From: the human T2T-CHM13v2.0 reference genome, Homo sapiens
DNA: 64,000 nt
Strand: one strand, 5' to 3'
NCBI RefSeq assembly: GCF_009914755.1
Contig: NC_060942.1
The position numbers and the translations under genes are program-made. Of the stretch, positions 13,852 to 28,472 are shown piece by piece (within the stretch, counting starts at the first letter, position 1; each line of letters opens with the position of its first letter). Under the pieces are notes generated by a model that had not been told where the DNA came from, did not search any database, and saw only the letters and a list, made by a program, of their open reading frames with translations.

Positions 13852-14155
13852 TCTTTTTTTTTTTTTTTTTTTTTGAGATGAAGTCTCACTCTGTTGCCCA
13901 GGCTGGAGTGCAGTGGCGCGATGTCGGCTCACTGCAATCTCTGCCTCCCGCGTTCAAGCGATTCTTCTGCCTCAGCATCCTGAGTAGCTAGGACTACAGG
14001 CATGCACCACCAAGCCTGGCTAATTTTTTGTATTTTTAGTAGAGATGGGGTTTCACTGTGTTAGCCAGGATGGTCTCGATCTCCTGACCTTGTGATCCAC
14101 CCACCTCGGCCTCTCAAAGTGCTGGGATTACAGGCGTGAGCCACCGCGCCCAGCC
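13852..14155 (-). mobile_element. Alu
   Basis: Poly-T then antisense Alu; 16-bp TSD CAAAGACTAGACTTCT (13836-13851/14156-14171). Confidence 0.95.
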
Positions 14156-14183
14156 CAAAGACTAGACTTCTAAAACATCATCT

Positions 14184-14908
<725 letters not shown>

Positions 14909-15983
14909 GACTCCGAGAGACGAGAATTGAGGGGATAAGTGGTCAACAATAACAATACTAAACTCAGCCAAATTAACTGCTGTATTAAAAATTGGGTTTC
15001 AATAATAAAATGTGGCACATCAAACCAGCCTGCCCCTATAAAAATATCAGGTTGATCTATTCATCAAACAAATATTTTTGAACATATAGTCTATGCCCAG
15101 GCACTGCACAAAATCCATAGGTATAACATGATGAACAACATGGCTTCCTGCTAGGATCTTAAACACTCAGAGGGGACAACACACCTTACTGGCAATGGCA
15201 ACATAGTTTTATTAGTTAGGGTATGTTCAGCAAAAAAAATCAATAGGTTTAATAAAATTAAACTTTACTTCTTTTGCACAAAAGTCCAGATAGACAGTCC
15301 CAGGCAACTATGTAGACTCCACAATCATCGGGACGATGGGCTTCTACTAAATTGTTGCTCTATCATCGACACATGGCTTCCACCTTGTGGAAGATTCCCA
15401 GTAATGGGAGATCTCTCAAGAACCCACAAAACATTCCCTGGTGCCCAGAGACCATCAATGCCAGGTTATCACAGTACCGGTGAGGTAAGGCGTTCCTACA
15501 CCCTTGCTACTCCTACTTAGGTACTTTTACCAAATTCTGGAAGATTCAGAGTCAGCCAAGTATATTAACACAGGAAGGAGAAGCACACAGTAGAAAAATG
15601 GAGAAGTTGGCCATCTTCCTCCCAAACTGAAAGCTTCCCAGGAGAGAAGCCAATGTTAACTTTATGAAATTCAGAATGCTGGTTATTAAAGTTCTTGGAA
15701 ATTTTAATTATTGAAATTGAGGCTCTTCTTGAGATTTAAAGTGATCAGAGGGCATTGGTCAAAAGAGTTATGGTACCCAATATCTCATTCATCAGTTCAT
15801 TTCTTCTATTCAATTCAACAAGAATTTCTAGTATGTGTCCTGCATTGTTCTAAGTATTAAGGAATGATATGAAAGAAACAAATCTCACAGTTGATGTGCC
15901 AAGCCCCAAGTTTACAATCAAAATAAAGCCTAGAATCTTGAACAGAATTGGTAACTTAAAATAGTGCGGTGGTTGCTATAGAG

Positions 15984-16550
15984 TGTCGACCTTAAAGAGA
16001 TTCAAGAAATATGGTTAAATATAGCATTTAGTCAAGCACAAATTTTAAGGATAGGCATCCAGGAACACAGATTCCAAAGAATGGAAGCCAGTGCTCCAAA
16101 GTGGAGAAGTTTTGGGGGTCATTTATATAAATAAGGTTTGGGAAGCTTAACAATGTTTCAACATTTTCCACACAAGGCTAGCACACAGTTACAGTAATCT
16201 GATTAATTGAGGTGGTGTTCTTTTTGGGAAAGGTATATTTAACATTCCACATTGAGGATATAACAATCATGGAGTCTTCCGCACCATCTGATCTGAGTTA
16301 GATGCAAGATAATAAAGGAGGAAAGGCTAGCCATCATCAGGAGGGGGAGGTCTTATGTCTGGCACCATTTAGTCTTTCCTAATTGATTTGCAGAACAAGA
16401 ACAACGAGAAAGAATGAATCTATAACCTGAGAAGCAGAAATTGCAGCCACATGCATGTGCTCAGACCACACAGTCACATTTCCTTTAAGGCTCAACATAA
16501 TTTTTAGGCTTCTAAAAATTATAATTAAGTTTGAATTATTTAGGTTTCAT
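15984..16550 (-). mobile_element. Probable older ERV1-class LTR, subfamily undetermined
   Basis: TG-start and composition resembling reverse-oriented MER4-group LTRs; boundaries approximate. Confidence 0.4.
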
Positions 16551-16908
16551 ACAGCCATTTGAAATCACATCTATTAGAGGGACTTACAGAGGGACTTACG
16601 AAGTTCAAATGGAATTTAAGTAAATCATGTTTTAAAATGATACATTTTTTGAGAACTTATTACTGTCAGTCACTGAGCTAAGAAATGTATGGAATTAGGT
16701 CAGCCGATCGTCAAAACGACCCATTGAAATAGGAATTATTGTTGCTACACTATACAGATGAAAAAACTCAGATGGCTGGTTAAGTTACTGCCCCAAAGTC
16801 TTATATTTGGTAAGGAGGAAAGCCATGGATTGAAAGCTGGGTAGTGTGATTTAGGAACCTTTCAATACTAGCTGTTCCAAGGCAATCTTGTTTGCAGAGA
16901 TGACAGCC

Positions 16909-17286
16909 TGTATTAGTCTGTTTTCACACTGCTGTAAAGAAATCCCCGAGACTGGGTAAATTATAAAGGAAAGAGGTTTAATTGACTCACAGTTCTGCAC
17001 GACTGGTGAGGCCTCAGGAAACTTACAGTCGTGGTGGAAGGTGAAGGGGAAGCAAGGCACCTTCTTCACAAGGCAACAGGAGGGAGAATGAACGCAGGAG
17101 GAACTACCGAACACTTATAAAACCATCAGATCTTATGGGAACTCACTCACTATCACAAGAACAGCATGGGGGAAACTGCCCCTGTGATTCAATTACCTCC
17201 ACCTGGTCTCTCCCTTGACACATGGGGATTATGGGGATTACAATTCAAGATAAGATTTTAGGTGGGGACACAGCCAAACTATATTA
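16909..17286 (-). mobile_element. MaLR solo LTR (THE1D-like)
   Basis: TGTATTAGTCTGTTTTCACACTGCT...GGGGACACAGCCAAACTATATTA; TSD CAGCC/TAGCC. Confidence 0.88.
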
Positions 17287-17661
17287 TAGCCTGTTATTCG
17301 CAAGTAAACTCATACATCCAAAAACGTATTATTGTTTAGAAAATATTACAACCTACCTTTAAATTCTTAAAATATTCAAATACTTTCTATAAACTTGATA
17401 CATCAATCTTGATATCGATTTTGAAATTTAAAGGTACCAGAATATGCCCCACAAAAAATATACCACTTTGACAAGAATTATTTTGAGTTATAGGCAACTG
17501 AGAACCAGGAGATGCAGGAAAAGCTTTTTACTTCCCCCTATCTAAAAGGAAAGTATAAAATTTTCCTTTTATAAAGGATATTTATATTTACAAAGGAAAT
17601 TTCCATTGTAAAGATGTCTCCATACCAAGAAGAGAGGCTCCTGGAGACAACTCTTACCACC

Positions 17662-18036
17662 TGATATGGTTTGGCTGTGTCCCCACACAAATCTCATCTT
17701 GAATTGTAGTTCCCATAATCCCTGTGTGTCATGGAACGGACGAGGTGGGAGGCAATCTAATCATGGGGGTGGTTCCTCTCATGCTGTTCTCGTGAGAGTG
17801 AGTGAGTTCACGGGAGACCTGATGGTTGTATAAGGGGCTTTGCCCCCGTTTGCTCAGCACTTCTCCTGCTGCCGCCATGTGAAGAACGACGTGTTTGCTT
17901 CCCCTACCACCATGATTGTGAGTTTCCTGAGGCCTCCCCAGCCACGCTGAACTGTGAGTCAATTAGACCTTTTTCCTTTATTAATTACCCAGTCTCAGGT
18001 ATGTCTTTATTAGCAGCGTGAGAACAAACTAATACA
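17662..18036 (+). mobile_element. MaLR solo LTR (THE1C/D-like) inserted in an older ERV1-type LTR (~17420-18230)
   Basis: TGATATGGTTTGGCTGTGTCCCCAC...AACTAATACA; perfect TSD CCACC (17657-17661/18037-18041). Confidence 0.9.
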
Positions 18037-18316
18037 CCACCTGAGAGGCTCTTCTCAGCATGACAAAACAACTTTTAGTTACCATGCATTTCCTTCACTC
18101 TCCTTCCCAGAACTTGCCCCTAACTCCAGCCCAAATCCCCCTTTCTTTTGTTTAGCCTAAAATGGTATATAAGTTTCAGTCATCTGGCCACCTCCTCGGG
18201 CCACATTTTTTCTTTGTGAACTCCTCCAAACTCTGCTATGTGTTACCTCATATAATGCTAATTTCAACATTTTAAAGGCAAAGGGTATGGACAACATTGA
18301 TGCAAACTTGCACTCC

Positions 18317-18333
18317 TAGTGCCCTCTAGTGGA
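18317..18333 (-). promoter_or_regulatory. Predicted CTCF binding motif
   Basis: Minus strand TCCACTAGAGGGCACTA matches the core CCASYAGRKGGCR with no mismatch; binding itself not shown. Confidence 0.65.
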
Positions 18334-18987
18334 TATAGTTGGTTTCAGTTATCACTTGGTAGGTTTTAGTGAAACTTTCCATAAAAAGGAATGCTCTGTC
18401 ACTATACTCTCTCCTCTCTCCTTTCTCTTCCTCTATTTTTTGGTCTTGTCCATGTTCCCAAGATACACTGACAATGTTACTCAGTGTTAATGCTAATAAA
18501 ACTCTATTTACAAAACAGGTGTTTATTTAGAAAAATAGCCGTACCCATTTATTTGTGTCTGGTGGTTTTTGTGCTGAAACAAAAGAGCTGAGTAGTTGCA
18601 ACAAAGACTCTATGACCTGCAAGGCCTAAAATATGTATTATCTGTCATTTTACAAAAAAAGTTCACTAACCTCTAATCATGGGACATATCACTAGTTCTG
18701 AAAGATGCTTTGGCTAGGAAAGGCTATTCCCTAGTTGAATATGTTTGGGAAATCCTCCATTAACATATTAAGCAGTAAAGAAACCTCTTTAATTTTAATT
18801 CTATATTTATTTACTTAGTTTACTCTGGGAATTCTTTTTTTCACCTAAGACCTATTAATATCGTATTCAATGAAACGTATTTTGGGAAATATTACTTTAT
18901 AATATTGTGTTTTCTTGGAGTCAACAATTCTGTTTTTCACAGTAGAAGAATTGCTTTCTAAAGAATAGCACTATGCTTAGCTTTCAT

Positions 18988-19426
<439 letters not shown>

Positions 19427-19437
19427 TTATCTTCTGC

Positions 19438-19771
<334 letters not shown>

Positions 19772-20031
19772 TGAGCATGGTCAATTTTTAAATGCTTAAT
19801 TATGCACCTCGAATATTCAGAAGAAAATGCACTTCTAAAATGATTTTCCGTGATTATTAATGCAGGATTCCACAAAATATGGAAATTAAAAAAGAGTAGG
19901 AGTAGAAACTAGCCCTCCTTTTAATAGAAATTTCATACCGTGCCAAAAGCAGCTAGTTCACCTTTTAACAAATAATTAGGCCTAACTGTTGAGGGTTGAG
20001 TAAAGCAAAGTGAGTTTACAAAGGAGACTGA

Positions 20032-20987
<956 letters not shown>

Positions 20988-21418
20988 TCAGGAATGTTAG
21001 AGGAAAACCAGAAGTGTGCCCATCACACTTTTATTTCCATGCTTCCATAGAATCTTCAGTTAATAATCATGGAAAATCATCTTCAAAGTGCCTTTTCTGT
21101 GTCTGTTGTGACAGCCAAGATGAGAGTGTCCCTTTTTTCAACTGGAATATGGAGAAAAACAGAGAAGACAGGGCTGAACAATTTTACCGGCAACTCATTT
21201 TTATAAGAAAAAAATAATCTTGCAATAAAGCAGGGTGGAGGTAAAATATTCAGCATCAATTTCTGTATCTGCTAATCTTGGTTGGCTGAAAAGTAGCAAA
21301 GGCTAAAATTAGTTGTATATATAAGTTTTGATCATAAGATAAATTACTGGAACACAGTATTACTACAGTACCATCTTGCAAATAGTTGGTCAAGAAACTC
21401 CTTTTAAAAATGAGTTTA

Positions 21419-21533
21419 ACCAGGCATGGTGGTGCATGCCTGTAGTCCTAAGCTACTTGAGAGGCTAAAGTGGGAGGATCACTTGAGCCCAGGAGTTGAA
21501 GACCAGCCTTACCACATAACAAGACCCTGTCTT
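21419..21533 (+). mobile_element. Free Alu monomer (FLAM-like)
   Basis: Single ~115-bp Alu arm. Confidence 0.8.
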
Positions 21534-21932
21534 AATATATTTTTTTAAATAAGTTTAGAAACCAGACTAGGTATGTATAGAAAATAATACAAGAAAAAAA
21601 GGAAGAAAGAAGAAGAAAAATTGTCTGAATGATGTTATGGAGCAGACAAAATATGTAACCAAAGATATACCCATAAAAATTTTAAAACTAACACTTAAGG
21701 AAACATTTCGCTTTACATAACAAGAGTACAAGGCAGATATATAAGATTACAGAGACAAGATGATAATAATGACATGAAAAAAGTGAAAAATAAAAATATA
21801 ACCAGGGTACCTAACCCTGGGTGGTTATTTAGCCTTTGAAAAACACAGGTCAGGCCATATTCTAAAGTGGCTACCAAAAGACTTTCAAATATCAGCTGTC
21901 TCAATAGCACTAGTGAGTTTATTAATCAACAT

Positions 21933-22833
21933 TGTTGACAAAAAGAAAAGCAAACTCTGTAAAATATTTAAAGCTGTTTATTTCCAGCTAATATGCGTGA
22001 CTGTGGCCCTAGGGATAGTCTCGGGAGGTCCTGAGAAAGGGTGCCGGAGGCAGTAGGGTTACAGTTTGGTTTTATACATTTTGGGGAGACAGAAGTTACA
22101 GGCAAAGACATAAATCAATACATGGAATACATAAATTATATATACATTGGTTCAGCCCAGAAAGGCAGAACATCTTGAAGTGGGGGCCTCACGGGTTATA
22201 GGTGGATTCAAAGATTTTCTGATTGGCATTTGGTTGAAGGAGTTAAGCTTTGTCTAAAGATTTGAAGTCAGTAGGAAGAAATAGTTAAGGTAAGGAGGGT
22301 TGTGGAAGCCAAGGTTCTTTTATGTAGATGAAGCCTCCAGGCAGCCGACTTCAGACAGAACAGATGATAAATGTCTCTTTTCAGACCTTAAAATGTGTCA
22401 GGCTCTTAGTTAATCTCTCCTATATCTGAGAAAGGCCTGGCTGTAATAATGAAGATTTTCTATGGATGCAAACTTCCCCTACAAAAGACACCTTTGCAGG
22501 GCCATTTAAAAATATGTCAAAGAAATATATTTTGATGTAAAATGTTTTTATTTCCCTCATGGTCTGCTGTCATGGGATGCTATACCAGTCAGATTGCAAT
22601 TTGGTACCGTATTGCCAGAGGCTGTTTTGTCAGTCTTGTGTTCTCTAATTTAATGTTAATGCTGGTCAGCTATGTCTGAACTCCAAAAGAGAGGAGGTAT
22701 AACAAGGTGTGTTTGACTTCCCTTCCTGTCATGGCCTGGAATTTAGTTTTTCAGGAGTTTCTGGGATCCCCTTGGCCAAGCCTAAAAGTCTGTTCAGTCG
22801 GTTGGGGGCTTAGAATTTTATTTTTGATTTATA
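21933..22833 (-). mobile_element. MER4-group ERV1 solo LTR
   Basis: Ends GGGGGCTTAGAATTTTATTTTTGATTTATA, the typical MER4 5' end reversed; ~900 bp. Confidence 0.78.
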
Positions 22834-22934
22834 ACTTTAAGGAGATATGAGTGGTGTTCAAACTAGGTGTTTGACCAGAGATATTGTACAAACTCCTACA
22901 TGCTTGGATGAAGTGGCTTAAGAATCTAGTTAGG

Positions 22935-23235
22935 GGCCGGGTGCAGTGGCTCATGCCTGTAATTCCAGCACTTAGGGAGGCTGAGGCAGGTGGATCAATT
23001 GAGGCCAGGAGTTTGAGACCAACATGGCCAACATGGTGAAATCCTGTCTCTATTAAAAATGCAAAAATTAGCCAGGCGTGGTGGTATGCACCTGTAGCCC
23101 CAGCTACTTGGGAGGCTGAGGTGGGAGGATCTCATGAGCCCAGGAGGCAAAGGTTGCATTGAGGCAAGATCACAGCACTGCACTCCACTCTGGGCGACAC
23201 AGTGAGACCCTGTCTTAAAAAAAAAAAAAAAAAAA
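22935..23235 (+). mobile_element. Alu
   Basis: Dimeric Alu; TSD AATCTAGTTAGG. Confidence 0.94.
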
Positions 23236-23260
23236 TCTAGTTAGGCCAGTAGCCCATACC

Positions 23261-23779
23261 TGTCAGAGGAACTTGAACCAGAGAGACTCCATTTTGAGTG
23301 AGGTTTAGGAAAATGAGGCTGAGACTGGCTAGGCCGCATTCTCAGAAAAAACAGGCATTCCTAGCCTCTAGACATTTACAGTTAAGGGAACAAATTAATA
23401 ATGCTTACTAAAACAGACCCAGACTTGGGAATGTCCCGATATCCTGATGTCTGGAGAACAAAGACATTCCTAATTTTGCTTTAAAGATGATAATAACGAT
23501 TCTTGCAAAATATAGTAATTAAGAAAATTAATTCTTTAACACAAACCCTTGTGGCAGAACACATCTCCCCACATATACAAGCATTGTACCTAGGATGGAT
23601 GTGTTCCTCCTCTTACTTTCGGGAACGTCCTACTCTATGTATGGAGTAGCTGTCCTTTCACTTTACTTTCCTAACAAACTCCCTTTTGCTTTGCACTGTG
23701 GACTTGCCCTGAATTCTTTCTTGGGAGAGATCCAAGAATCCTCTCTTGGAGTCTGGATCGGAACCCTTTTCCTGTAACA
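23261..23779 (+). mobile_element. MER41-family solo LTR (C/D-like)
   Basis: TGTCAGAGG...GAACCAGAG..ACTCCATTTTG start; GGATCGGAACCCTTTTCCTGTAACA end; 4-bp TSD TACC. Confidence 0.88.
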
Positions 23780-24075
23780 TACCCATTGGAGTGGCATGCT
23801 CCACCCAAGGCTAAAATTCAGTCCTGGTTCTGGTCACTAAGCTATCAGAGGGTTCTGTCCCTTGATTCCTTGTTGTCCATCATATCCGAATTGAGTGACC
23901 CCTTCTGCCAAAAGGTAGGGAATTGGAATTTCCCCAAGCATCTAAGTAATCATATGATTGCCTTGTTAATATGAAGTATTTGTATATGTGGCCAAACTCA
24001 TTGTAACATACTAGTGGGTAGACAGCCTGAGAGGAGGAGAGCTGTAGTGGATGTGAATACACATCCCAGTGTTAG

Positions 24076-24894
24076 TGATACAGCACTGATGAGTGGAGGA
24101 ACACCAGGGCTCTTGTCTCACGCGAATTAGATGAAATGACAGACACACGTGGAGTGGTTTTTAAGGAGTGAAGACTTTAATAAGCAAGAAAGAAGGGAGA
24201 AAACAGAGGGAAGAAGCTCCCCCGTATAGAGACAGAGGGAGGGGGACTCCAAAGCCGAGAGAGGAGACCCCCAAGTGCGGTGGATACCAGCCAGTTATAT
24301 GAGGAGGCTGAAGGAGGCAGTGTCTGATTTGCATAGGGCTCAAGGGATTGGTTTGACCAGGCATGTCATTCATGTAGCCCACAAAAACTGGCCCTCCCAC
24401 CCTAGCCTTTTAATATGCAAATGAAGGGCACCGTGATGTTCTACACACATGGGGATATGTGGGGGTGGCCACATTGCCAGGCACATGGGAGCAAGGGCAA
24501 GAGAACAACGGTGGGAATCACCATGTTTGGGGGGATCCAGTTTCTAATGGACTGTATTTGCATATCAAAGGTTGGCAGCCCAGCTGTAAGACCTGGGGCT
24601 TTCCTGCTAGATGAGAAAGGTTTCTGGAGCTACTTTAAAAGAAACAACTTAGCTGCTTTAAAAGAAACAACTTTCGTGGCTGGGGGAGGGATAGCATTAG
24701 GAGAAATACCTAATGTAAATGGTGAGTTGATGGGTGCAGTTAACCAACATGATACATGTATGCCTATGTAACAAACCTGCACGTTGTGCACATGTACCTT
24801 AGAACTTAAAAGTATAATAATAAAAAAAGAAACAACTTTCCAAGGACCCCTTTTCCTATCTGCCTGAAATAATTTATTAATAACTCCTACCACA
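24076..24894 (-). mobile_element. ERV1 solo LTR (LTR9/MER61-group-like)
   Basis: Minus strand starts TGTGGTAGGAGTTATTAATAAATTATTTCAGGCAGATAG and ends GCTGTATCA; TSD TTAG/TGAG. Confidence 0.7.
24676..24824 (+). mobile_element. Very short L1PA 3' end inserted in the LTR
   Basis: L1 3'UTR plus A tail; 16-bp TSD AAAAGAAACAACTTTC (24660-24675/24825-24840). Confidence 0.92.
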
Positions 24895-25177
24895 TGAGGC
24901 TCGGAATATGATACCCCGAAATATGGCCCTTTGACATGCTGAACTAAAGCAGCAGCCTCAAGGTCTTTCTACCTCCCACCTCCACACTGACTCTACCCCA
25001 GCCCTATTTCTCCTAAAGCACAGGATAAGGTTTTTCTCTGATAGTCCTTTATCTACCTTAAGACTGGACTCACCAGAGGGACTGCCCCCTCTTCCCTCTC
25101 TGAAATCTCATTTTCTATCTCAGAAAAGACTGAGGAATGAAACCACACCTGGAAAGACTTTTACACAAGATAATGTT

Positions 25178-25567
25178 TGTCACACGCGTCCGTGTGAAGA
25201 GATCACCAAACAGGCTTTGTGTGAGCAACAAGGTTGTTTATTTCACCTGGGTGCAGGCGGGCTGAGTCCGAAAAAGGAGTCAGCGAAGGGAGATGGTGCG
25301 GGGGCAGTTTTACGGGATTTGGAAAATTACAGTCAAAGGTGTTGAGTCAAAGGGGTTGCTCTCTGGCAGGCAGGAGCAGGGGTCACAAGGTGCTCAGTGG
25401 GGGAGCTTCTGAGCCAGAAGGATTTTCACAAGGTAACGTCATCAGTTAAGGCAGGAACCAGCCATTTTCACTTCTTTTGTGATTCTTCAGTTGCTTCAGG
25501 CCATCTGGATGTATATGTGCAGGTCACAGGGGATATGATGGCTTAGCTTGGTCTCAGAGGCCTGACA
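25178..25567 (-). mobile_element. Solo HERV-H LTR (LTR7 family)
   Basis: Reverse complement starts TGTCAGGCCTCTGAGACCAAGCTAAGCC; perfect 5-bp TSD ATGTT (25173-25177/25568-25572). Confidence 0.94.
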
Positions 25568-26862
25568 ATGTTTGCCTCTTGGGCTCATTGAAATTCCAGA
25601 GAGTCATTTACAAGTTACTGCCTCCAGGTCCATTCACTCCCACTAATTATCATTTACTACTCCTCAAAATTGCCACACCTCCATCTCCCTTTCTTCTATG
25701 AAGTAGTACGCATCTGGATCTCACTGGGTTACTGGGAAATTGTTCTCATGTGACTCCCCTGTGCTTAAGCAGGTTAAATAAGTTTCACATGTCTTCTTCT
25801 ATGATCAGCTTGCTGTCAGTTTATTTTCAGTGAACCTTTTGAAGGCAGAGGGGAAGCTTTCCCTTGGCCCCTACAGCTTGGTGCCCAGAACAGACCCAGT
25901 TTATCCCATTGTCCCCATAATTGTAATTGTTAATAGTGCCCTCTTTCACTCTCAAAATGTCTCTTTTGGGATGAAAACTTATGTGGTCATCCTCTCTATA
26001 ACTCTCATCTACCTATACCTAGTAGAGACTACATGTATCGGCCCAAAATAACCTAGTAATTGTGAATGGCAAAATAGGCCAACCAACACCAAAAGCTTGT
26101 AAGAGTTCATAGTTCTGATCAAAAGCCAAGAAATAATAAAATTGATAGGCAGGCTGGGATTGTCAACCCCAGCCTTATCAAGTGTTTAACCTAACTGAAC
26201 AAATGCGCTACTAGAAACTCAATTTTCATTTCAATATCCTTGAAGTAGAAAAGTAGTCTTTGAACAAATCACTGTATCTTAGAGGCATGTGTTTAAAATA
26301 CTGGCCTAGCTACCAAGAACTTTTAAAGATTGACATTTCCATGATGTGCCTGACAATTTAATCGACCTTATAAAGTGCTTCTCAGGCTTCCTGGGACAAT
26401 GTTTCCCAAAGTGTACTATGCAGATCCGTTCTTCAGAACCGGGGCTTGTTAAAATCCCAAGATTTAAAAACAACAAATGAAAACAAATGGAAATTAACAA
26501 CAAAAACAAAGTTTCATCCCCAAACCAGACCAACGAAATTGGGTTCAGAAGGTAGAACCTCTGGTATTACATTTTTATTAACTCCCTAATGATTATGCTC
26601 CTCCTACATTTTGAGAACCATTGCCCCACTGGGTTCTAAAAGCTGCAAGATTCCATAAGATACCTTAGTTCTTGACCAGCTGCAATGTAGATGTCGGAAC
26701 ATTTCTCATGGTCTACGCCCAGAGGTATGCTGATGAATGTTTATCAAATTATTCTCCAGGGGAAAAAATCTTTTAAACTGCTAAAGTTTGTGTAGCACAC
26801 ACTTTACAAGTAACAATAAAATATGCAATACTCTTTATTGTAAATTCCAAAAAGCCAATTGA

Positions 26863-27170
<308 letters not shown>

Positions 27171-27715
27171 ACTCAGAGTAGTTTCTTTGATTTTTGCTGA
27201 GCTCTTGTATAGAAAACCAACCTATGTTGCAATTGATAAGCGAGAATAATTTTAGTATGAATGCTGGTTGATATTTCTGTTTACATTAACGAGGAAGAGG
27301 AAGTGAGAAAACACATGTTGGATCTTCACTAGTTCATCAGTGATACGGGCAACTTCTTTGTTGAACTGGGTAAAACTTTTCAGATACTGCAGGAATATTT
27401 TCCTAAACTATTTGTGCTACTCGTTACAGCTACAAATATGCAACACTTTTAATATGCATCACTAACATTTTCTCCATCACTTTCTTAGGTCTAGCGTAGA
27501 CAACAAAAATAAATAAATCAAGCCCTGGTGTGTAGCATTTGCTGGTTTTCCTGAGGTAAACATTCTACTATCATTGATTTCAAGCTACCAGCAAGTCACT
27601 GAATGTAGGGTTGGCAAGAGATGAGCAGAAACACACCATTGTGTAGTATTTCCAGGATACAGATAAAATAGACATAAATAATCCTGAGTAATATTCAGGA
27701 AGTAATTTTGAGTGC

Positions 27716-27730
27716 TTTATTACCTTTATT
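27716..27730 (-). terminator. Tandem distal polyadenylation signals
   Basis: Two TTTATT on + (AATAAA on -), 27716-27721 and 27725-27730. Confidence 0.6.
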
Positions 27731-28466
27731 TTTAATATATTCAGTTGTAGGTTTATATAGTTTAATTTTTTTATTAGTGTCTGTTTAACAATCGGTTCAA
27801 TTTAATATTCAGCTGAGTGGTTTAAATATGAGATACCACTGTGATTATGCCTCCTCATTCTTGTCTTTCCTCCTCAGACTTTTTATAAGCCCATGGCCCT
27901 AAACTCTCAAGAAGGAAATGAGTGTCCTTAGAATGTGACCTTCCTCTCCAACTTGTCCCACACCTGCTAAGACACAGAGTGGAAGGAGCTGAAAAGCCAG
28001 AGACCCACTTAAGATCCAGAAGCATAAGCAGCAGTTGCAGAGAGGCACACAGACTAGCCACCCATCTCTCAAGAAGAGTTGTTCCAAGTACAGGTTTGGA
28101 ATCTTCAGTCTGAAAACGGGGTCTTTTGATCTCTCCCCACTTTGGTGCAGTCTGCTCCGATTAGTGCCGAGATTGAGACTGGAACAAACCATGGTAGCTG
28201 TCAATGGCACAAGGACCCCATCTGCTCCAGACTTGACTGACCCTGGCTCTTGTACTCCCTGCCACCCACTCCTACACCCTGTCTTCCCTCCTTCTCCAAT
28301 GACAAGAGATATTCATTGAAACAACCTTGCTCCCATTTCTCTATCTGCAGCAGGGCTGAATTGAAATTTCTTATGTCCAAATGCCCATTCTCTGAATAAA
28401 AAAATATTTTGAAACCAGACTTTCTAATCAACAGATACTAATACGCTATACAGTGAATAGCATGTC

Positions 28467-28472
28467 TTTATT
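28467..28472 (-). terminator. Proximal polyadenylation signal
   Basis: mRNA ...UGUAAAUAGAAUAAAGAC..., followed by UGUA and U-rich sequence. Confidence 0.55.

Larger units (their letters stand above)
24070..25875 (+). mobile_element. MER34/MER39-like LTR hosting nested insertions
   Basis: TGTTAG (24070) rejoins GCTCGGAATATGATACCCC (~24899); ends CTTGGCCCCTACA (25875); no clear TSD. Confidence 0.6.

Noticed and set aside
27855-28431. Cluster of overlapping short ORFs in the TRAPPC8 3' UTR
   Set aside because: No domain similarity; local GC rise explains the stop scarcity
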